The position numbers were made by a program, and so were the translations under genes. The notes below the pieces were generated by a model. It did not search any database. It had not been told where the DNA came from and saw only the letters and a program-made list of their open reading frames with translations. DNA of 64,000 nt, taken from the NCBI RefSeq assembly GCF_009914755.1, contig NC_060931.1; one strand, given 5' to 3'. The DNA is from the human T2T-CHM13v2.0 reference genome, Homo sapiens. Below, in pieces: positions 11,579 to 25,809 of this stretch. The number at the start of each line of letters is the position of its first letter. Position 1 is the stretch's first letter.

Positions 11579-13650
11579 TTTCAGAGCCTAAAATAGAGTG
11601 GTTGAGTCAGGGTATGTCAGTGTATGTTGGTCTGCGAGTACGATTTTTCTACTGATCTCCAAACTACAGTCTCAAGACAACAGTTTTCCACCTCTGAACA
11701 GAGGTGCCTCTGAATACCCAGATCTTTATGTCTGTGAACAAGCACTGCCTATTAGAGCCAAACAAGAGAAACACATATTACCATCTCCAATTCTTTAGAA
11801 TCCTTTTGGCCCAGAATGACTTCAAAATGCTAACCCATAAAGGCAAACAAATCCAGAGACCTTTGTAGTTTCCCTTAGCCTCTGCTGCATTAGCTGAAGA
11901 TAAATCTATGCAGAATTCACTTAAGGGAACAGACAACTACATTAAGCTGTGTAATGATGAACATTAATGGCCTGTGACAAAATGGGTCTCTGTAGGCTGA
12001 GCAACCATGCAAGGTGGGGATTTTTCCCTGTTTTTGGTAAGGTAATGAAGAAGGAAAAAAAAAATCTCATCCAAAGATGCAAAGAAACAATCTGCTGGCC
12101 CAGGTCATTTTCATGGTATCTTTTTGTTTCTCCTTTCTTTGTTTTGTAAGTACATGCATTTTGGCTGAAAAAGATACAGGCACCATTTTACAGTGGTGGG
12201 GGAATCTCTACTTTGTTAAAGAAAAATGCAATGCTCTTTATTTCCAACCTGGTATAGTTCATTCATTCCTTTTCCTGTGGTATTCACATGTCTTGCAAAT
12301 TGTTATGTTGAATTTTTTAGTTCCTTGTTATTTTTACTTGTAGACACTTACACCATGGTCACAGGAATCTATACTGATTTCTTCCACTTTCCATGCATTT
12401 GTTTCCATTATTAATTTAAGTGAGAAGCATGTGTGTCATTCCCCTTCCCATTTGACTTTTACATGGTTAACTGGTGATCTCAAGTTGATCAGTTAACTTT
12501 TCCTATTGTGCATGATTGTTGTGGGGATCAAATGTGTACAAATACGCTTCATAAATTGCTGTAAACATTTAAGTTAATGGTGCTTATGTGGATATTAGAC
12601 CAGTTGATTTGTAGACTTGAATCATTCTAAGACTTCTGAAAGTAATCCTTCTGGCAAATTCTATAAATTAAGGTAATTGGGATATATATACATATATACA
12701 TAAAATTTGGGGTTTCTACAAGTTGACCATGAACTATTGAATGATCTGAAGTGGCCTAGGATTTTTTTATAATCTATTCAGAATGTCACTGTGACACACA
12801 TACTATATTTTCAGTATTTGCTTCTCAGATATTCAGAACACTTTTTACCCTACAGCAGAATTATTTGACAACACATTTCCTTCCTGCCCTCTGAATCTCC
12901 CTGGATGATCTACAAAAATATAGCATCTCCATTTGTGACAATATAAAACCCTGGTATGACTCTTTTCTATAAATTCAGTTTTATTGCCTTCTTCCAAAGT
13001 AATTTCTGTTAATCCAGCCAGAACCTTCATTTTTGTTTTGTCATTTTCAAGCTAGATTCTGAAGTAACAGAACTGACTACAATTTTAGCCTAAGAACAAA
13101 AGAGTTTCAAGGCCTATTTCAAGACCCTGGTTTTGCTACCTCATCTACTAAATTTATACATTCTAGGAATCCATTTACTTTTTAAAACATTTCTTTTCTT
13201 ATTTTCAGTACCAATTTGTTTCCTTCAGCTTTCCCACATGCATGACTTTTATAGCATGGCATAAAGTAGAGTGCTCTGCCATATTGATTTAATGGTATGT
13301 TTCAATAAATTTCCCCTGTTACAGTTCTTGCTCCATACCAGGCATCCAAGAGGGAAATAGACGGATGTGCTGGTTAACTAATTTTAAAAGCGAAAAAATT
13401 CCATTTTCTCCATCCTTTAATGTCATAGCTGTCCTGCCAATGACCTGATACTGAGATATATTAGGTTCCCCTGACATATGTTACAGGAAGTAGTGACCTG
13501 ACCTTTTAAAAATTTTATTAACATTTATAAATTTGTTTTAGTGTATTATGTTGGAAGCAGTGATTTTTCTCCAGAATGGATTGGGGTGACTGGTGTACAG
13601 ATTGATAGCCATGTCATATATTAAGGTGGTGGACATTTTGTAGAGTCCAC

Positions 13651-13689
13651 CATCTCTATACTCACAATATATTGTAGAGTATAGAGATG
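13651..13689. repeat. 39-bp near-perfect palindrome
   Basis: catctctatactcacaata|tattgt(a)gagtatagagatg, with one bulged base. Confidence 0.95.
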
Positions 13690-13862
13690 CTGTCTTTTTT
13701 TCCCCTCCCTCTTCTCTCCTGCCTTTAAGGGTTATGCTAATGGGGATGGAAACATTCAAAATCTTACTTTAATGCAGTTTATAAGCAACTAGAACCATTA
13801 CTGTCAGCTTTTTGGTAGCTGGTTGGCTTTGACTATTGCTTGATAAAACATTGAGACATGGA

Positions 13863-13990
13863 CATTCATCCATTTATTCACTCAACCTTTGCTCAGTGCT
13901 TAATGTATTCCAGACACTATGCCAGTCACTAGGCATGTAAGAGTGATTGCCACAATACCTGCTTCCAAGTAATTTATAGACTGATGGATT
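13863..13990 (-). mobile_element. L2 3' end fragment
   Basis: 'cattcatccatttattcactcaac...ccagacactatgccagtcactagg'. Confidence 0.7.
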
Positions 13991-14083
13991 AGGACCCAGT
14001 AGTATACAATCAAGATCCTAATCAAAGATTTTTTCCTTCTTCAACTCTGTTCAAAGCCCAGATAAGTATCATCTCTCTGTCTC

Positions 14084-14170
14084 TTTTTTTAAATTTTTGT
14101 TTATTTAGAGGGTGCAAGTACAGATTCTTACATGCATATATTGCATAGTGGTGAAGTCTGGACTTTTCCA
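14084..14170 (-). mobile_element. Short L1 (L1PB/L1MA) 3' end
   Basis: 'gggtgcaagtacagattcttacatgcatatattgcatagtggtgaagtctggacttt'. Confidence 0.8.
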
Positions 14171-17100
14171 GATGGGTGTCTTCTTTTTCCCTCCTTTCCC
14201 TGTTTCTCTTTCCTTTTCTTCCATTCTCTCTTAGCACTTCCTAGGAAATAATTTATATATATATTTTGTAGGCACAAATACTTGTCATACATTAAGGGAA
14301 ATCTTTATTGATGTAAAGCATTGGAACTTAGCTATATCCAGTTTTATTGCCTTAGCAATTCTCTTCTTTCCTCCATACCCTAAGTAATCGAGGAGAGTGT
14401 GGCTTTAGACAAAGGACACCTCTCCTGTGACAGAAAACACAGGAGCCAGGAGAGTTGGCATGCTGGCTTTCTAACCTGCTTGCTGCAAGAGCAGTTGTGA
14501 GCAATGATGATGACTGACACTCACATCCATCATTTGCCTTCTTCCAAATGCTTCTGAAACTGAAATGAAGCTTCCCAACACCTCAGTGAGTATAGATGGC
14601 TGTTTTATTTTATAGTAAGTATTTGTTTATTTTCTAGACAGGGAAATTGAGGGACTGAGAATGTAAGTGGATAGATAAATAAGTTATGGACACTGCTGGG
14701 AAGCATTAGCTAATGTTTATTGAGCCCGTGTGGAGTGTAATACTTTCCTAAGCCCTGTGCAGTGTATTTTGTTTCTAGTTTTCCACTTTGTACTTGAGGG
14801 AAGTATTCCATGGATCTTCTTGTTTTGAATTTACTCTTTTGTCTTCATAGAAGGTTATTGTTTTGTTGTTGCACATTTCACAATTACATTTGCATTTTCT
14901 TCAAACATTTTGTTTTTTATCTTTGCTATGCAAGACTTAATAACAGGAATTTTCGCTGTATTTCCAGGCTCACTCACTCAGTTTTGGAACTTTAAATTGT
15001 TCCAACAGTCACTCAGTTGTTGGAACTCCAACAACTAGTGCATTTGGTAAGAACTCTTACATAAATAGCCTTTACAATCAAATAGACAAAAAATAGACTG
15101 TGCAACCAAAAACTTTTTGCTGTTTTCCCACAAAATTATCTGAATTTGTTTGACTTGAGATTTTTCTTTGTAATTTTCTCATCTGCTGCCTATCCTAAGA
15201 TTTAGGATGTTTTTACCTTAATAGCCATATCATGTTTTAGGCCTTAGTGGGCCTCTCTCCTTCATGCTCTACAGACAAATATAAAGTGACTCAGTGTTAA
15301 AATCTGATACACTACAGAAGCACTGTATGGTTTATATTCGGAATGGTTTTTTATGTCAAAGGAAGTGCAATGAATATAGGCAAGGAATTAAAGCCATTAA
15401 ATGTATGAATGGAAAATAATTTTATAGAAGGTCTTATTTTTCTCATAAATGTGTTCCAGAAATGTAAGTCCAATAAAAATGTATACATACAGAATATTCA
15501 GTGGTCATCTTTCGGTCGTGTTCACAGTCATTTGCCTAATCGCCTGTTTTCTGAAGCTTTTCTATAAGCAGGGCACCCCATTATAATGGTAACAATATAG
15601 TTTTTTTCTTGTAAATAGATTATAGTTCATACATCTGATTCACTTGTTAGTCAATTGTTTGGAATTCAGAATGCATTTTCTCATAGACATCATCTTATAT
15701 TATCTTGATTGGTGCAATCCTTTGCAACACAGGTTTATCCATAATGTATTTCTAGTATCATACTGTGGCTTTCTGAAATTTAACTGAAGTGTTAAGCATG
15801 TGTCCTGGGAATGGATTTAGAGTTTGACTTGAGATTCTAGGAGCACATTTCTTCCTACTGAATGCTGTTTGTGGGATCAGAAGCTCATGTGATGTTAGGA
15901 CATGGTCAACAGAGGGGATGTTAAAGCTTATTTAGTCCACCTTCCTTTGTTTTGAGAATGAGAACATCACCTCCAACATTCCCGAGTTATGGTTCCAAGG
16001 GCCTGGGCCAGAGGTGCCTTTCTGGAGAGAGCCAGGTGGTGAGGGGCAGCCTCCAGGGGTCACTGGTATAAGAGGCAGGATGTGGCCTGGGTCAGATGAC
16101 AGCTTTGGGGTGAGGCATGGGAAGGGGAGGAGGTGATGGGGGTCTGAGGATAGGAGTGAATATGTGGGTCCCTTTTGTTATGCACAATAGAATTGTTCTC
16201 CCAATTTTTTTTTTTTTTTTTTGCCTGTCACTTCATACTCTATTCTATTTACTTCCCTTTCTAGTTAGTAAGGCATGTTGGGTGAACTCCCCTTTTTTGG
16301 CAAAAAGGCATTTACCTTTCTCTTCCCCATTACCACTACCAGCACACCAATACAGATTTTCCCCCTCGCTCAGGGAGGCCATGACTGGAGGGAGGGGTAA
16401 GGAGCCAAATCGAGCTGTCTCTGGTGGATGCAGCCTTTACAGTGGTGAGAGGAGGAGCCGCGGGATGTAAGGAAAAGGAGCTCCTATGGCCTGGCTGGAG
16501 TGTGCAGTGGATGAGGCTGCCTCAATGCAGGGCGAGATCCACACATCACATGGTGGGGGAAGCCATTGCTGAGGTGGGGAGGGTAAACAATGCTAGCTTT
16601 TTGGCCAGGCCAGGGCACCTGTGTGGGTGTGGGGAGGACGGTTGAAGAGTGCTCAGTGCTTTTCTTTGGAATCAGAATTTCTGATTTAGTGACAAATCAT
16701 GGAAAGTTTAGAATGGAAACTTTTTAATTTTAGAAACCAATTAAATAATATTCAAACACAGCAGTGAATAAAGAACTATGTTCGCTAAATGCCTGACTGT
16801 GTTTAACATGTGAGAAGATATGTCCCTTGACCCTGAATCTTCTAAATATGTACAGTTTTAAAAGATAGAAATTTATAGTGAAATGCATTTGCGTATATTT
16901 GGGGTAAGAGATGGTGTTCAGAAAGAGAGGGAAGCTAGATGGGCTGAAACATGAAATAAATTCCTTCAGAGTCCCTTCCACTCATGTAAAGCTCCTTGAA
17001 GGGCGTCAGGAGACAACATTCCTGTTTCTGAGGAACACTTACAAGGACTCTAAGGAATGTTGTTTCCCTTATTATATTTTTATATCAAAACATTTTATTT

Positions 17101-17409
17101 CCACAGTTATTTTCTTTACCTAATCTGGCATTGTAGCTGTGATTTGGCGGGGGATGGGGTGTTAGGAAGTTCATTTTCTTTTCAAAATTGAAGTTTTTAA
17201 TGAACTTGGTAGATTTCCTGAAGGTTAGTTCTTTCAACTTTTGGTATTACAAAGTCATGATTAGTTTTAATGGTGAACATTAAGATTGCAAATAACTGCT
17301 GTGGCGAGGGTGTTTCTTTGTGAATTTGAAGTGTCTCGTTTAAAGATTGGTGCCTACATTGCTAAGGTGCATACCACCCTCAGTAGCTATATTAACTTAT
17401 CTCAGGTTG

Positions 17410-17590
17410 CAGAGTCTTTGGGGTTGTGCTTGGGTTAAAATTCTAGCCATGCAGCTTTGTGACAGGGAAAGTTCTTTAATCATTTGAACTTGTTTCCTCA
17501 CTTGTACGATGGAGCAAATACCTAGCTCACCGTGTTGTTCAAGTGTCAACTCAAATGATATTATGTGAAAGATTCTGGCATTTCCTAGCT
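17410..17590 (+). mobile_element. MIR SINE
   Basis: Degenerate MIR core 'gtttcctcacttgtacgatggag...atacctagctca'. Confidence 0.65.
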
Positions 17591-18485
17591 GCCTAGCCAG
17601 TGTATGGTTTGTTTCAATTTGATTCCATGTGTGACTGCATGCTCTTGGCCTATTGCTAACGAGCAGGCAGAGAAACAGCAGCAGTACAGTCTGGCTAGAG
17701 GGCGTCTGTTGAGCCTCCAAACATTGAAGGCTACTTTGCCTCTTTGTCAGGGGCATGAGCCTCCAGAAACTCTTTCCTAGATGCGCTAATTGTGTTTCTT
17801 CTTCCTCACTGTGTAACATGTTATACTGGGAATCTCTCCTGAATGTTTGTTTGTGTCTCTATCTCTATATTTTCTATGACAGTATTTGCCTGACTGAGGT
17901 AATCCCAACTGGAGGGCTGAGGTGACAGATTTGGAGAACATTCTTACAACATGCTGTTCAAGCATTTACCACCATGATGTAATAAGTGTTTGTATTTAAC
18001 AGTATTTATTTAGTTCCTGTTATGTATCAAGTAATGAAAAAAACCTGCTTTCATGGAGTGGACATTCTAATGGGAGGGGCAGACAATAAGCAAATGTCAA
18101 ATGCCTCAGGTGTGTTAAGTACTGTGAAGAAAAATAAAGCGGGCTAAGGAGGAGTCAGATAGGATGCTGCTTGCCATAGGGTGCTCAGGGTGCGTGGTCA
18201 AGCAAAGACTTGAATGAATTCAGGGAACAAACCATGAGATACCTGGGAGAGACGCATTCCTGGTAGAGGACAACAGCCCTGAGACCCGTATACCTGAAGA
18301 CAAGTGAGCAAGGAAGGGAGTGTGTCGAAGATGACATCAGAGAGATGCCAGGGCAAGATTATGAAAGGTCATGTAGATGGTAATAAGGACTTTGAATTTT
18401 ATCCACAGTGAGATGGGGAGCTATTGGAGAGTTTTGACTAGAGGGCTGTCATAATCTGCTTTCACCTTTTTAAAGGACAGATTTG

Positions 18486-18794
18486 GGCCAGGCACGGTGG
18501 CTCATGTCTGTAATCACAGCACTTTGAGAGGCCGAGGCAGGTGGATCACTTGAGGTCAGGAGTTCAAGACCAGCCTGGCCAACATGGCGAAACCCCATCT
18601 CTACTAAAAAATACAAAAATTAGCTGGGCGTGTGTTGGTGGGTGCCTGTAATCCCAGTTACTCAGGAGACTGAGGCAGGAGAATCACTTGAACGGGGGAG
18701 TCAGAGGTTGCAGTGAGCCAAGTTCACGCCACTGCACTCCAGCCTGGGCGATAGAGCAAGACTCCATCTTAAATAAATAAATAAGTAAATAAAT
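18486..18794 (+). mobile_element. AluS (Sx/Sz-like) with (TAAA)n tail
   Basis: Full dimer; TSD aggacagatttg / aggatggatttg. Confidence 0.95.
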
Positions 18795-19198
18795 AGGATG
18801 GATTTGGCTGCCGTATGAAGAATGTGCTGTAGGGGAGTAATAGTAGTGGCAGAGAGCAGAAAGCCATTGTAATAATTAATGGTAAGAGATGGTAACAGTG
18901 GAGGGGAGAAGTGGTCACATTCTGGATGAAGTGTGAAGATTTGCCAGTGGGTTTAATGTGCATGTAAGAAAAAGAGGAGTCAAGCATATCGCAAAGGTTT
19001 TTCACTTAAGTAACAGCACAATGGAAATGTAATTTCAGAAGACCATAGGAAGACTACAGGAAGAAGCTAGCTGGAGAGTAAGATCGTGAGTTTGGTTTGG
19101 GACATGCTAAATTTGACATCTCTATTAGATAGTCAAGTGTATGTGTTGAGCAGCTAGTTGAAGTACATGACACTAAAATTCGTAAATGGGAATTAGAC

Positions 19199-19710
<512 letters not shown>

Positions 19711-22700
19711 GGAAGACTATGGATATAAACTTGAAAGCCATCAACATTCCAGTGTTTTGTAAGGTTGTGAGACTGGATAAGTCCACCTGGGGGAAGCACA
19801 GGTAATGAAGAAAAGACATCTGAGGACTGAGACCTCCAGTGTAGAGGTTAGGAAAATGGAAAGCTACCAGCAAAGGGTATTCCAAAAGCAACAGATGGTG
19901 AGGAAGGGGAAGACCAAAAGAAATCAGTTTCCAGGACACCAAGTGAAGAAAGTGTTTTAATGAGAATGATGAAATGTATAAATGCTGTTGATCTGTTCAT
20001 CACCTTCATTATAGAGCAAGTCACGTAAGGATTTATCTCTTTGAAACCCAGTCTTACCCCAGGCCCTAGCAAATAGTTATTGCTTTATAATCACTTTTAA
20101 AATGAACAATGCTGAACAAATTAATGGGTTACTCGATTAGCCTTTAAAATTTTTTTTCAGGAAATATGCTCTCTTCTTTGAGGTCCAAGCACTGCCATCT
20201 TATAGCTGCTACCTGTTGGAAATCCCAGATTCTGTTAATGACTGACCTCTTACTCATCAGCCACCCACCATCACCCCTCCCCAGTTCTTCCAGGGCTTAT
20301 TTTAGAGGAGCTGGATTGGAGATAGCCTCAGTATTTCTTATTTCAGCAGTTGAGGTTAAAGAGCCAAACATCTGCTTAGCTCTGGACTTTCTCTTTCTCC
20401 CTTACTTTGCTCTTCTTTGGTTCCTTAAAGGAGTACTTAAAGGGAGTTAGTTTCTAGATGGGGAAGCTAGCATCTGTATGTATACTTGGACTGTGGTAAC
20501 TGGTAGGAAGTTATTGTGTATGGTTAAAAAGTAGATTTTACCCCAAATCTCTGGTAGCTAGATCTGATTATTTTTCCATTATTTTTCTCATCTTTTAATT
20601 CTTCTGGACTTCAAGTGTTGAGAGTTAACCTTGCATCTCCTGTCTTTCTCTTTTCCCCTTGAATGAAGTTCCATTCATTGTTCCGGTGTATGCCCTGATT
20701 CAGAGTCTTTCTTGGTCTCACCACACACACCCTTGCTTTGTCTTGAAGTACTCTAACATGTCTGCATTTGGAATTTCTCCTGCATGTCCCAACCTCTGGT
20801 TGTATTCTTTGCACCTGGCTCTGCCTTACCTTCCATTCTGTATTTGATATACTGTTTCCTGTGCTCTCTGAGCTATTACGTTAGCATAGAGGTAAATCTG
20901 AAAAACAAGAAGACAACACACATGCTTCTTTTCCTTGCCATTTTTAAGATGTTGATTATAGGTCTTGTGGGAATTCTGTTAAGTATGTTTTTCAATAATT
21001 ACTATGGCATTCTGTTACTACTCATTTTTCTTGTTCCTTATATCTGTGTTGTACCAGCTCATAATACTAAACAAATATTGTAATTGACAAAGAACATGCA
21101 TCCTCATGCCTATTGTTAAAGCCACTCACAGTCCTGTAGGAAGTGTTGGTACAGCACTGTATGAGGAAGAGCAGATGCTAGGGTTGTATGGTGCCCTATT
21201 CTTAAGACCTACTGTGACTTTCTATAGTGGAGTTCAAGGAAGGCAAGGAATTTGTGTCACTCTCAAACTCTCCAGATTTTAAACCTGCCAAGGAAAAAAT
21301 GCAGAGCTGGAGCTTGCCTTGAATGATTAAAAGTCACATGAGGAATGGGGAAAGAAAATCCCAAAGGATTGATGGCTAGAAAGTAGTTTATAGTCAAAAG
21401 CTATACCAAAAGCAATTGCTCGAAACCCTAGAAACCACAAATGGAAATGAGAGTGGATTATATATAGTACAAAAGACAAATACACACACATTCCCCACCC
21501 AGTGGGCTTTACTATAAAACAAGCCAATTAAGACAAAATGCACAGTAATTAGGAACATCTTAGGTGGGGTCAGGGTTGCTGGATTTTTTTATACATTCAT
21601 ACACTTAATTTATTTTAAATTTTATCACGATAATTACATTGTTTTAAGGTTTGAATTTTTGCAATTCAGGTATATAAAAATGATAGATTACCAAATGAGT
21701 TTGGTGTGTTTAACCTCATGATTCACTTATATGCCAATAATGTGCCTTGCCTAGAATGTTTGCTTTCTAATGTTTCTGTGTTACTCCAGCTGCCTCCCTT
21801 TATTGCTGTCATATTACAATGAATGTTTTCTGCATATTTATGAAGAGCCTATTAGCAGCATAGACTTGATTTAAAGAACTTCTCCAGTTTATGAATACAG
21901 TTCATCTCTTGTGAATGAATTTAGCACTTTAATGCTATTTATTTACTCCACACCATAAAATGTACTATAATAAATAATAGGTCCCTTGGGCCTATGGTAA
22001 AACTCACTGATCATCCTCTCAGCAGGAAGATGAACACAACTTGAGTGGAGAAGTAACCATCAAAGTTCACCATGCTCACTGGGATGTCATTTATATACCT
22101 GAATCTAATAAAGACAGAATTACAGTGCTTAACATTGTGCTCACTACTAGCATCTGAATTCAGTGAGACTCAGGGAGGGAAAAGACTCAGTCACATTAGC
22201 AACATCTTAGAAGGTGATACAAAGTCTAAATTGGCAATTCAAATAAGAAAGTGTTCTTTAAAAGCATATAATGCTTAATTTCTTATGCTAAATACACAGT
22301 AAGTTAGTGTTTTCCATTTTCTTCACCCATGGAAAACCCTTAGTTTTGGAGGGTTGTGTTTTTGGTGGGGGATGGTAGGGGGCAGGGGATTGCTTCAAAA
22401 TCTCTTCTCTGTCAATTCCATTTGGAGTTTTCAAGGCGACCCCAGCTGTCAGCTATCCATAAATGCAATATCTACAAGCCAGAACGTCTGTGTGGCATTT
22501 GGTCAGTAGGGCCATTCTGTTTTATGGTTGAAGTCCAGAAAGAGTCAATATATGAGTGTTCAAAACTCTTTCTAGATGAATGTATGCCTGATTATATTCT
22601 AAGATTATTTGGGTTATTTTTGTGTTATCTTTGTTTTTATTTGATATGATTTGCTTTTGTAGATATTTGTTCCTTTAAATAAATGGTCACAAATTTGAAT

Positions 22701-23317
22701 GCTTAAAATTTGAAACCAGGCAGTGTATTATAGAAACAGTATAGGCCATAGTTCTGTATCAGGGAAGAGTTGACTTTATTCTGGAAGATTTTTAGGTCTG
22801 ATTTACTAGTTGTCTACTTCTATGTGGACAAATCATTCTGCTTTGTAGATTATTTGATTTAGAGCAGACTACATATCTGATGGCTCTGCCAAGATGAATT
22901 AGCCCCTCACTACATCTCCAGATAACGGCGTAGGAGTGAGGAACTGTATACCGTATCCCTCTAAAGAGAGGCTTCAAAAAGCACAATCTTGATTTGGGTA
23001 GTTGGGAATTGTTCCTTTGTTGGACAGCTTTAATTATTAAATTGAGATGAAATATGCCAGCTTATGATTTTTAATACTAATTTATTCAACCTCAAAATTC
23101 CCAGTGCACCATTTGGTTCTCTTCTCAGGCAAATTGTTAGTTTCTGCCTTGTGTATTATTTATGCTTGTACTATGAATAAAGGATGTCTCATCTCTATGT
23201 GGCAATGTCGTCTGCTTCATGAGCTGACAGTTTTGAAGAGGAACATGAGACAGTCAGATCTGTTAGTGCAACTCAGTCAAGCAGGTGGTCGCAAAATTCG
23301 TGGCGTGAGAATTGCAG

Positions 23318-23390
23318 TCATTCATTCATTCATTCAAAAAATATTTATTGAGTGCCCGTTATGTACCAGGCACTGTTCTAGATACTAGAT
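23318..23390 (-). mobile_element. L2 3' end fragment
   Basis: 'tcattcattcattcattcaaaaaatatttattgagtgcc...ccaggcactgttctag'. Confidence 0.8.
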
Positions 23391-23599
23391 GGTACTCATC
23401 CTCTATATCTTCCTTGTACTCTATGAGAATAAGGTTGTTGTCTGATCGCCTTTTATCTTCTACTTCACCCGACAAAGTACATTACATTTAGAATGGGCGC
23501 AAAATTTTATTTTAAACAAGTAGCATACCAAGTATGCCTCTTTTGTTTTAGCTGCAACTGCTGGAATGGGACCGAGTATGCCTATTTTGAAGAGCAACA

Positions 23600-23790
23600 T
23601 AGAGTAGTTCTAATCACTTTATGACACCCGTTAAATATTTCAATCACATTAGCCTCAAGTCTAGACTGAATAGCACCAGTTCTTCTTCTAAATAGTTTGG
23701 CTGCCCTTCTGTGAGTCTTTTCTAGTTGACTCTTGTCTCTTTTCATGTGTAGGAACCAGGACTGAAGACAGTAATTGTGAGAGGATCTAG
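23600..23790 (-). mobile_element. Probable L3/CR1 LINE fragment
   Basis: 'ggctgcccttctg...tgtgtaggaaccaggactgaagacagta' resembles antisense L3; very diverged. Confidence 0.45.
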
Positions 23791-24127
23791 CATGTACAAA
23801 GTGGAAGGGAGGGTGTTATGTTTCTGTGATTTATTACTTTCCCAAAAGATGTTTTATCAGCTGCCACCCTATCCTTTTTTCCCCAAGGCATTCTTTTCTC
23901 TCTCTAATTAAGTAAATAAATTAATTAATAGGATATCTATGTGGTATCTAACTGTGTATACCCTTGAGCTATTTATTTTCCTATTTTTCTGGTCATTTTC
24001 ATTAGTTAAAAGTCTGTTCTTAAGATCTCTTATTTACAGTAGGAGTTTCTTATGTATATTATAGAAAGCTATTCAAAAAGTTATATTCATTTAATCAAAA
24101 AATAAATTATTGGGGGGTATGTAGTAA

Positions 24128-24131
<4 letters not shown>

Positions 24132-24179
<48 letters not shown>
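24132..24179. repeat. (TG)24 microsatellite
   Basis: Perfect repeat, direct count. Confidence 0.97.
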
Positions 24180-24181
<2 letters not shown>

Positions 24182-25809
24182 GAGAACAAAGTGATGAATC
24201 ACCAAGGCTTCAGAGTTCTTGCCTCCTTTATTCTGACAGTCATTCTTATTTATGCTGATAACATCTGTCTTATCCTTACAAGGTATTATTCTGTTTTATT
24301 AGAGCTCCCTGTTTCATATACATGAGAAAAAACTTAGTGGTTTAGTAATTCTTAGTGTCTCCCTTGTCTCTAATGTTTTGAGTTTTAGGAAAAAAGAACA
24401 GAAGATTCTTGTTAACATCTTTGTTACCGTTAAGATGTATTGTTGTTTCTAGGAACAAATGACAAATCCCATGTCTTTGTCATTCCATAAGCCTTCTACC
24501 AAATCCATGGGTCAAAGTGCCGTATGCAGGTGATTTACTGTGCTTGATTTGTTCCATGATTTCATCTTTAGACACTTCCATCTTTGTCAAGGCCATGCTA
24601 ATCTCACCACAGAGAATGTATACTAGAATTTCTCAAATGTCAAATATATTGTGTACACTTAAAAAAAAGATTGTCATCTAAGTTTATCAATCATAAAAAT
24701 AAAATTCCATAGTTTCAGTTTGCAATTACAAGCTTGTGTCTTAAAGTTTGTTTTGCTCCGATTTTTAATTTGGCTTTTTCTTTCTTTATACATTTCAGCT
24801 TCCTTCTTTCTCTAGTTTAATTTCGCAAATATTTCTTAAATGTTGGCTATGTGCAAAGAATTGTTTTAAGCACCTTAATAGCTACAAAGATAAGTAAGAG
24901 CTTATCTCTACTTTCTCCTACCCCAAGGCCACCCAAACCTGTTAATCAATCTTAAATCCTTCTCTTTCTGCTAAATATCATTAGAAGGCATCACTTTGAG
25001 GGCTTTTTTTTTGTATTAGTTGTAACTGAGGGATTTTTAAAATATTTTAATTGGTTATTATTGGTAGATATATTTGAGAGACCTTACATCACATAGTGAA
25101 TTAGGATGTTTATTGAATGTCCTATAATGTGTTCAACAGTGTACTGTTGTTAAAAAGCATCATTATAATTGTACTCTAAAACTTGCAATTTTTAATGTCT
25201 TCATTGCCTCCTGCATTTGTTGAAATCAATAATAACCTTTTAAAAAGTATGAACTTTATGATATGTAAATTATATCGCAGTAAAGCTGCTATATAAAAAA
25301 GAATAACCTAAAGTATCTAAATTATATTATTGGGTGTTAAAACACAAATAGCCTTCTCTTGTTAGATTTAATCCCACATGTAACAAATTTGCTGGGCCAT
25401 TTTGCAGCACCATAGATTGACTGCTTTATTCCACATACTACAGTTCTAAAACATGAGGAAATCTTAGTTAACTAATTGAAACACTCATTTGGATAAGAAC
25501 TTGAGCATGGTTCAATAATTCTCAATTTCCCACTTTGCTTGTAAAACACAATGTAAGTATGGAATTACCCTCTTCACAGCTTATTGCACTATGTGTTCAG
25601 TCACAGAGAAATAATTTAAAGCAGTTCACTTCCAACTGTTTCCCTCATGCTGACCCCTTTCTTAAAGTAACGAATTTCTCAAGGTTATGTTTATTTTGAA
25701 ATTATAAATTTAGTCACATACCTGGTTGGTTTCATTCTCCTTTTGTTGTTTTCCCCTTTGGAATTTCCACACTGTGTCACCAAGCAAGCTCTTGATTGCT
25801 CCCACCCTC

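Noticed and set aside
14504-14563. C/D-box snoRNA-like motifs (ATGATGA ... CTGA)
   Set aside because: No terminal stem and no recognisable rRNA or snRNA guide.
24579-24604. Short antisense similarity to U6 snRNA (ggccatgctaatct, 14-nt exact)
   Set aside because: Similarity does not extend beyond ~26 nt and there is no TSD or tail; not distinguishable from chance without a search.
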